Shown piece after piece: positions 33,539-37,699 of a DNA stretch of 37,699 nucleotides. The first letter of the stretch is position 1. Each line of letters begins with the position of its first letter. The position numbers and the translations under genes are program-made. This DNA is from Deltaproteobacteria bacterium (GTDB lineage: Bacteria; Myxococcota_A; Polyangia; JACRCY01): NCBI GenBank assembly GCA_016218785.1, contig JACRCY010000058.1, positions 1-37,699 of the forward strand. The letters are read 5' to 3'. The notes under the pieces are model-generated. The model ran no database searches, was not told where the DNA came from, and saw only the letters and a list, made by a program, of their open reading frames with translations.

Positions 33539-34905
33539 GCGAGCCGACGCACGGGGCGGCAGGACCCGAGGGGGTGGCCCCGTCGAACGCGGCCGACTGG
33601 TCGGACCGCGTCTCGCTCACCTTCACCATCGGCGTCTACGTCGCGATCAACGCGCTGCGCGACGCGTACTGCATCGTGGACGGACCCGACTGCGCCCACC
33701 TGAAGACCCAGTTCCTGCAGGGCAACCACGACTGGCTCGCCGACCTGACGAGCGTCACCGGGGTCCACCGCATCGCCAACACCGACCTGCACCCCTGGAA
33801 GATGGTGCTGGGTCGCGACGAGGCGGTGGAGGGGTTCCTGCGCCAGATGGCGAGCTTCGACGGGGCCGCGGCGGTCCTCATCACGTCGCTGCCCATGGCG
33901 ACGATCACCGGGCTCGACTACGACCGCGTCACGCGCACGGTCGGCCTCGAGACCGGCACGGTGGTCGCGAGCGTGCCGAGCGCCTCGCTCGCCGGCGACT
34001 GGCTCGACGGCTACGCCGCGACGCTCAAGACGCTCGCGCGGGCCGTGGACCTGGACGGCGCGGCGCCGCAGCCGGGCAACGTCGCCGTGGTCGGATACCT
34101 GCTGGACCGGCACGAGGGGGACCACCGGGCGAACCTGGCCGAGATGCGTCGCCTCCTGGAGGGGCTCGGGCTGCGCCTGGGATCGGTGTGGCTGTCGGGG
34201 GGCAGCGTCGCCGAGTTGGGCGAGGTGCGGCACGCGAGCGCGATCGTCTCGCTGCCCTACGGCCGCGAGGCCGCGACGATCCTGGCCCGCCGGCTCGGGC
34301 TGCCGCTCATCGAGACGGGGCTGCCGCTCGGCCTCGACGGCACGGAGCGATGGCTGCGGCAGCTCGCGGAGCCACTCGGATGCGCCGACCGCGTCGACCA
34401 GGTCGTCGCGCCCGAGCTCGCGCGTGCCGTGCCCAGCATCGAGTGGGTGGTGCCGTACCACCTGTTGCACCGACGCGTGGTCTTCGTCGGGGACCCTCAC
34501 CTGGGTCTCGCCCTCGACGAGGCGGCGGGTGAGGTCGGGCTGACGGTCGAGCGCCATGTGATCCTCAACCGCCGGGGCCACGCCGAGGCGCTCCTCCGCC
34601 GCTGCGGCGAGGAGCGGGTCGTCCTCGACCCCAAACGGAACACGCTGCAGCAGGTCCTGGCGCCGCTGTTCCACGACGGTGGCTGCGACCTCCTGGTGAC
34701 GAGCAGCCTGGGGGTGACACCAGGCCTGGGAGGGGCCGCCATCGTCGAAGTCGGGTTCCCGTCCTTCTTCACGCACGCGCTCGAAGACCGGCCGTTCCTC
34801 TTCTTCCGCGGCTTCGTCGCGCTCGTCGAGCGGATGGTGAACGAGCTGCGCCGGGCGGAGCTGACCGCTTCGCTGCTCGGCGAGACTCCTGGCCCGGCTG
34901 ACTAG
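33535..34905 (+). CDS. Nitrogenase component-1-type oxidoreductase family protein (NifK/NifN/BchB-like), divergent
   Basis: Frame of ORF 33367..34905 trimmed to GTG 33535 (VSEPTHGAAG), a GTGA overlap with the upstream stop. Motifs: GVYVAINALRDAYCIVDGPDCAHLK (HGxxGC-like position), IANTDLHPWKMVLGRDEAVEGFL, AAVLITSLPMATITGLDYDRV (the usual Cys and GDD are replaced), NVAVVGYLL, RVVFVGDPHLGLAL. Confidence 0.7.
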   Translation: MSEPTHGAAGPEGVAPSNAADWSDRVSLTFTIGVYVAINALRDAYCIVDGPDCAHLKTQFLQGNHDWLADLTSVTGVHRIANTDLHPWKMVLGRDEAVEGFLRQMASFDGAAAVLITSLPMATITGLDYDRVTRTVGLETGTVVASVPSASLAGDWLDGYAATLKTLARAVDLDGAAPQPGNVAVVGYLLDRHEGDHRANLAEMRRLLEGLGLRLGSVWLSGGSVAELGEVRHASAIVSLPYGREAATILARRLGLPLIETGLPLGLDGTERWLRQLAEPLGCADRVDQVVAPELARAVPSIEWVVPYHLLHRRVVFVGDPHLGLALDEAAGEVGLTVERHVILNRRGHAEALLRRCGEERVVLDPKRNTLQQVLAPLFHDGGCDLLVTSSLGVTPGLGGAAIVEVGFPSFFTHALEDRPFLFFRGFVALVERMVNELRRAELTASLLGETPGPAD

Positions 34906-36422
34906 AAATCGTGGACGAAGTAGGGCCGGTCGCGGCTCTCGACCCAACGCGCGAAGACCTCCTCGCGGAGCCGCTCGTCCCCCGCGCCGAGCAACTGGAA
35001 GAGGTGGTCCATGAGGCCCATGTGGATCCGGCACTTCTGGTTGTCGGCCATCCGGCCGAAGATGTTCCCCTGCGTCGAGTAGTTGAAGACCGGGCAGGTG
35101 CCGCAGAAGGGCAGGTAGGCGCAGTCGGCGCAGCCGGGCAGCCCCTCGAGGCACGAGGCCAGCGCCACCGAACGGACGACCGGGCTCTCGATGAGATCGC
35201 CGTAGCCATCGTGTTCCAGGTTCCCGATCTGGAAGACCGAGTCGCCCATCTGGTGGAGCATGCGCGCCTCGTCGCAGCAGAAGACGGCGCCGTCGAAGCT
35301 GTAGGCGATCTGGCCGATCCCCGCCCCGCAGGGCGAGCGGATGTCGAGGTAGTTGGGGTCGTCGCCGGTGAGGATCTTCACCAGGAAGATGGTCGCCAGC
35401 CGCTCCAGGATCTCCTTGCCCTCGAGGTTGAGCGCGATGATGTAGTCGAGCGCCTCGCGGTGGAAGGCCAGGAACTCCTCGGCGCCGTAGCCGATGCGGC
35501 CCGCCGTCTTGCGCGCGAAGCCGAAGGGGTTCAGCGGCCGGAGGAAGACCGCCTTGAGCCCGCGCTTCACGTACTCGTCGACGATGTCGCGGGCGCGCCC
35601 CAGCGACTGGCGCGTGACCGTGAGCAACGCCTCGACGTGGTAGAGCGCCGGGTCGAGGCCGCGGTCCAGGTACCCCTGGTCGATGCGCTCCATCCAGCGC
35701 AGCGTCGCGGCGTGGGAGTTGCCGTGCGCCAGGGGGCGGTTGGCGTTGTGGAGATCCTCGGGGCCGTCGAGCGACGTGCAGACCTGGATGCCGTGATCCA
35801 GGATGAAGGCGAGCTTCTCGTCGTCCATCAGGCTCAGGTTGGAGACGAGCGAGAAGGCCAGGGTCTTGCGCACCGTGGCGTTGAGCTCGAGCGCCTTCTC
35901 TACGGTGTGGCGGACGACGGCGAAGTTCGCGAGCGGCTCGCCGCCCTGGAACTCGAGGGTGATGGAGGGGGCCGGGGTCTGCATGGCCACCTGCACCGCC
36001 CGCTCGGCGACCTCGGGGGACATGTCGAACTCGGTCGCGTCCATCGGCCGGCGGCTGGCGTGGCAGTAGACGCAGGCCTGGTTGCAGCGGAGCGAGGTGA
36101 TGAGCACGTGGAGGTAGGGGCCCAGGCCGAGGAACGCCTTGCGCTGGGCGAGCTGCGCGGTCCGTTCCTCCTCCCCCTGTCCTCCCTGGAGGAACCCGGC
36201 CTCGAGGAGGCGCGTGCGGAGGTTCCCGTCCGGCGCGAAGTTGCCGGAGACCAGCTGCTCGAACTCCGCCTCGCTCAGGAGCTGGTAGGAGCCGCCGTCG
36301 TTCGTCAGCAGCACCTGGCCGCCGAGGTGGCGGAAGCGGAAGTGGTTGCTGCGCTGGAGGCCGGGGTACCCGGAGGCGGGTGGCGCCACGCCGAGCGGGG
36401 CCGGGCGGTCGGGCGCGGTCAT
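34902..36422 (-). CDS. Radical SAM / SPASM-domain maturase, AnSME family, HxsB-like N-terminus
   Basis: ORF 34902..36938 trimmed to ATG 36422 (MTAPDRPAPLG), an ATGA overlap with the upstream stop. N-terminal region: NHFRFRHLGGQVLLTNDGGSYQLLSEAEFEQLVSGN. rSAM motif: ITSLRCNQACVYCHAS, with LEFQGGEPLAN. SPASM cysteines: SPCGAG..DGAVFCCDE and LPGCADCAYLPFCGTCPV. Confidence 0.88.
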   Translation of the reverse strand: MTAPDRPAPLGVAPPASGYPGLQRSNHFRFRHLGGQVLLTNDGGSYQLLSEAEFEQLVSGNFAPDGNLRTRLLEAGFLQGGQGEEERTAQLAQRKAFLGLGPYLHVLITSLRCNQACVYCHASRRPMDATEFDMSPEVAERAVQVAMQTPAPSITLEFQGGEPLANFAVVRHTVEKALELNATVRKTLAFSLVSNLSLMDDEKLAFILDHGIQVCTSLDGPEDLHNANRPLAHGNSHAATLRWMERIDQGYLDRGLDPALYHVEALLTVTRQSLGRARDIVDEYVKRGLKAVFLRPLNPFGFARKTAGRIGYGAEEFLAFHREALDYIIALNLEGKEILERLATIFLVKILTGDDPNYLDIRSPCGAGIGQIAYSFDGAVFCCDEARMLHQMGDSVFQIGNLEHDGYGDLIESPVVRSVALASCLEGLPGCADCAYLPFCGTCPVFNYSTQGNIFGRMADNQKCRIHMGLMDHLFQLLGAGDERLREEVFARWVESRDRPYFVHDF

Positions 36423-37039
36423 GGCGCCTCGCCTCCGGTTCCCTTCTTGGCGTCGTCGGTGGCGGTCGCGGCGGCCGGCGCCGCGGCGTGATCGGTCGCG
36501 GGGGCGCTCGGCGCCTCGGCTGGCGGGGTCGCGGCCGGATCGGCCTTGCCGGCGAAGCGCTGCTCCCACGGCACGCCGATACCGAGCGGATCGGCGAAGA
36601 AGTCGTCCTCCTCCCCGGGTACGTCGGGCGAGCCGGCGAGCTCCTTGTCGAGGTGCTCGACCTCGTCGGCGCCCACCCCTTCGTCTGCGGCGGCGTCGCG
36701 GCCCTCGGGGACGGCGCCGAAGAGCGCCCGCGCCATGATGCTCTCTCGCGCCTTCTCGTGCTGCTGGTCGACGTAGTGCCTCAACGCCTGGCTCAGGAGC
36801 TCGTTCTGGAAATCGGCGGCCACGGTCGTCGGCTCGGCGACCGCACCCCCGGCCTTCGGCGACAGCGAGACCCTGACCTTGCCCTCGACCGGCTTGTCGA
36901 GGAACACGTACCAGCGGTCGACGAAGACGTAGCCGCAACCGAAGATCGCGGCGAGCGGGTAGACGGAGAGATCAACGGTGAAATCGACGCTCCCGTTCGG
37001 CGCAGCCGACACCGAAACGCCGTCAGTCAGTTCCAGCAT
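36419..37039 (-). CDS. HxsD-like small protein with ~100-aa acidic, Pro/Ala-rich C-terminal tail
   Basis: 206-aa ORF with ATG 37039. The N-terminal ~105 aa (VDLSVYPLAAIFGCGYVFVDRWYVFLDKP..VRVSLSPK..FQNELLSQALRHYVDQQHEKARESIMARALFG) fit my recollection of the HxsD family pattern (Y..a...aaY.f.d..y..l; F.nellDq.lR). The tail reads DEGVGADEVEHLDKELAGSPDVPGEEDDFFADPLGIGVPWEQRF..PPAEAPSAPATDHAAAPAAATATDDAKKGTGGEAP. Confidence 0.6.
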   Translation of the reverse strand: MLELTDGVSVSAAPNGSVDFTVDLSVYPLAAIFGCGYVFVDRWYVFLDKPVEGKVRVSLSPKAGGAVAEPTTVAADFQNELLSQALRHYVDQQHEKARESIMARALFGAVPEGRDAAADEGVGADEVEHLDKELAGSPDVPGEEDDFFADPLGIGVPWEQRFAGKADPAATPPAEAPSAPATDHAAAPAAATATDDAKKGTGGEAP

Positions 37040-37045
37040 GCTCAG

Positions 37046-37074
37046 ACTATGGGTTGGCGTCTTTTCTCTGTCAA
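37046..37074 (-). promoter_or_regulatory. Sigma70-like promoter candidate for the HxsD-like/SPASM operon, possibly giving a leaderless mRNA
   Basis: Minus strand reads TTGACA (37074..37069), 17 nt, CATAGT (37051..37046), then 6 nt (CTGAGC) and ATG (37039). It sits in a locally AT-richer patch. Confidence 0.35.
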
Positions 37075-37252
37075 GGAAGCCACGGTCGAACCCGCGACGC
37101 TGCCGCCCGGTCGCGGGCCGCCTTGTGCCGCTCGGGGACGTGGGCTAGCCTTGGGACGTGGCCGCACACGCGCAGCGGTGCTTTGGTGACCACCACCGCC
37201 CGCTGCGCCCCCCGGCGCCCGCCGTGGCGGCGGCACGAGGCCCGCGGCCGGG

Positions 37253-37699
37253 ATGAGCCAGCCCGCCGTCGTCCAGGTCGTCCTCCAGATCGCCTGGCTC
37301 GTGTGGACACCGGCGGTGGTGGTGTTGGCAGTCCGAGCGCTGCGACCAGCGTGGCCGACCGAGCGGCGCGCGCTCGCCGTCCTGCTGGCGGCCGTGGTAG
37401 TGGCCATCGCCGCGGTCTTCGCCCTGCCGTTTCAGGTCGATGCCAGCGGCGTGATGGGGCTGTTCGCGACCCCCCCCACCGGTCACTGGAAGGGCATCGC
37501 GGGCAGGGCCCTGGTCGGCTTGTGGACGCGCGCCGGGCTCGGGCACTTCGGCGTCGTCATCGTGGCCCGCCTCTACCTGCTCTTGGCGGCGGCGCTGGCG
37601 GCGGCACTGCTCCTCCGGAGCCGCACGGGGGAGGAGGCCGGCGAATCGCGCGCCCTGCTGGGCGGCGCCTTGGTCCTGCTCGGCCTGCCCTCCTTCACC
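37253..37699 (+). CDS. Integral membrane protein, 3' end cut by window edge
   Basis: Not in the ORF track (no stop in the window). ATG 37253 opens a frame running to the last base (149 codons) with G/C at almost every third position. Translation: MSQPAVVQVVLQIAWLVWTPAVVVLAVRAL..LAVLLAAVVVAIAAVFALPF..GVVIVARLYLLLAAALAAALLL. It has several hydrophobic helices. Confidence 0.55.
   Translation, partial: MSQPAVVQVVLQIAWLVWTPAVVVLAVRALRPAWPTERRALAVLLAAVVVAIAAVFALPFQVDASGVMGLFATPPTGHWKGIAGRALVGLWTRAGLGHFGVVIVARLYLLLAAALAAALLLRSRTGEEAGESRALLGGALVLLGLPSFT

Noticed and set aside
37091-37117. Hairpin CCCGCGAC-11 nt-GTCGCGGG between the HxsD-like gene and the divergent membrane-protein gene
   Set aside because: It is an 8-bp GC stem with a large loop, in a divergent promoter region where no transcript needs terminating. 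Such stems are common by chance at this GC content.
1-37699. tRNA, rRNA, CRISPR repeats, transposase/integrase genes, long direct or inverted nucleotide repeats
   Set aside because: None were recognised on either strand. Similarity between paralogous rSAM genes is at the protein-motif level, not as long identical DNA repeats. This was judged by eye only.

Overview
High-GC window (roughly 70% by eye, G/C at nearly every third codon position, so every real gene casts long shadow ORFs). Almost all of it is one accessory gene cluster built from radical SAM (rSAM) enzymes. I count 13 rSAM proteins carrying about 15 rSAM domains. Nine have an N-terminal B12-binding (class B) domain. Four domains belong to a second paralog family with a CxxCx5CxG auxiliary-cluster motif. 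One is an HxsB/AnSME-like SPASM maturase. They lie in tightly coupled operons (eight ATGA/GTGA 4-nt overlaps) with five other components. These are a translationally coupled nitrogenase-like (Oxidored_nitro) alpha/beta-type pair with no NifH/BchL-type gene in view, a DUF362-ferredoxin protein, a YVTN beta-propeller, an HxsD-like protein with a long acidic Pro/Ala-rich tail, and an embedded glycosylation module (nucleotide-sugar dehydrogenase, GT2 polyprenyl-phosphate-sugar synthase, two polytopic GT-C-like membrane proteins). The strongest signal is a recurring ~75-90-aa module (strands, then a (R/D)xxxxP(C)FxxTxxFxVxYxG hairpin, then a helix). It is fused to the C-terminus of four rSAM enzymes, the N-terminus of a fifth rSAM and of the nitrogenase-alpha-like protein, and probably to a membrane protein and an rSAM-methyltransferase fusion. 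I found no precursor peptide gene, PKS/NRPS, tRNA, rRNA, CRISPR array or mobile element. The substrate class (RiPP, lipid, tetrapyrrole or metallocofactor) cannot be decided from sequence alone. All family assignments come from motifs read by eye and need HMM confirmation.
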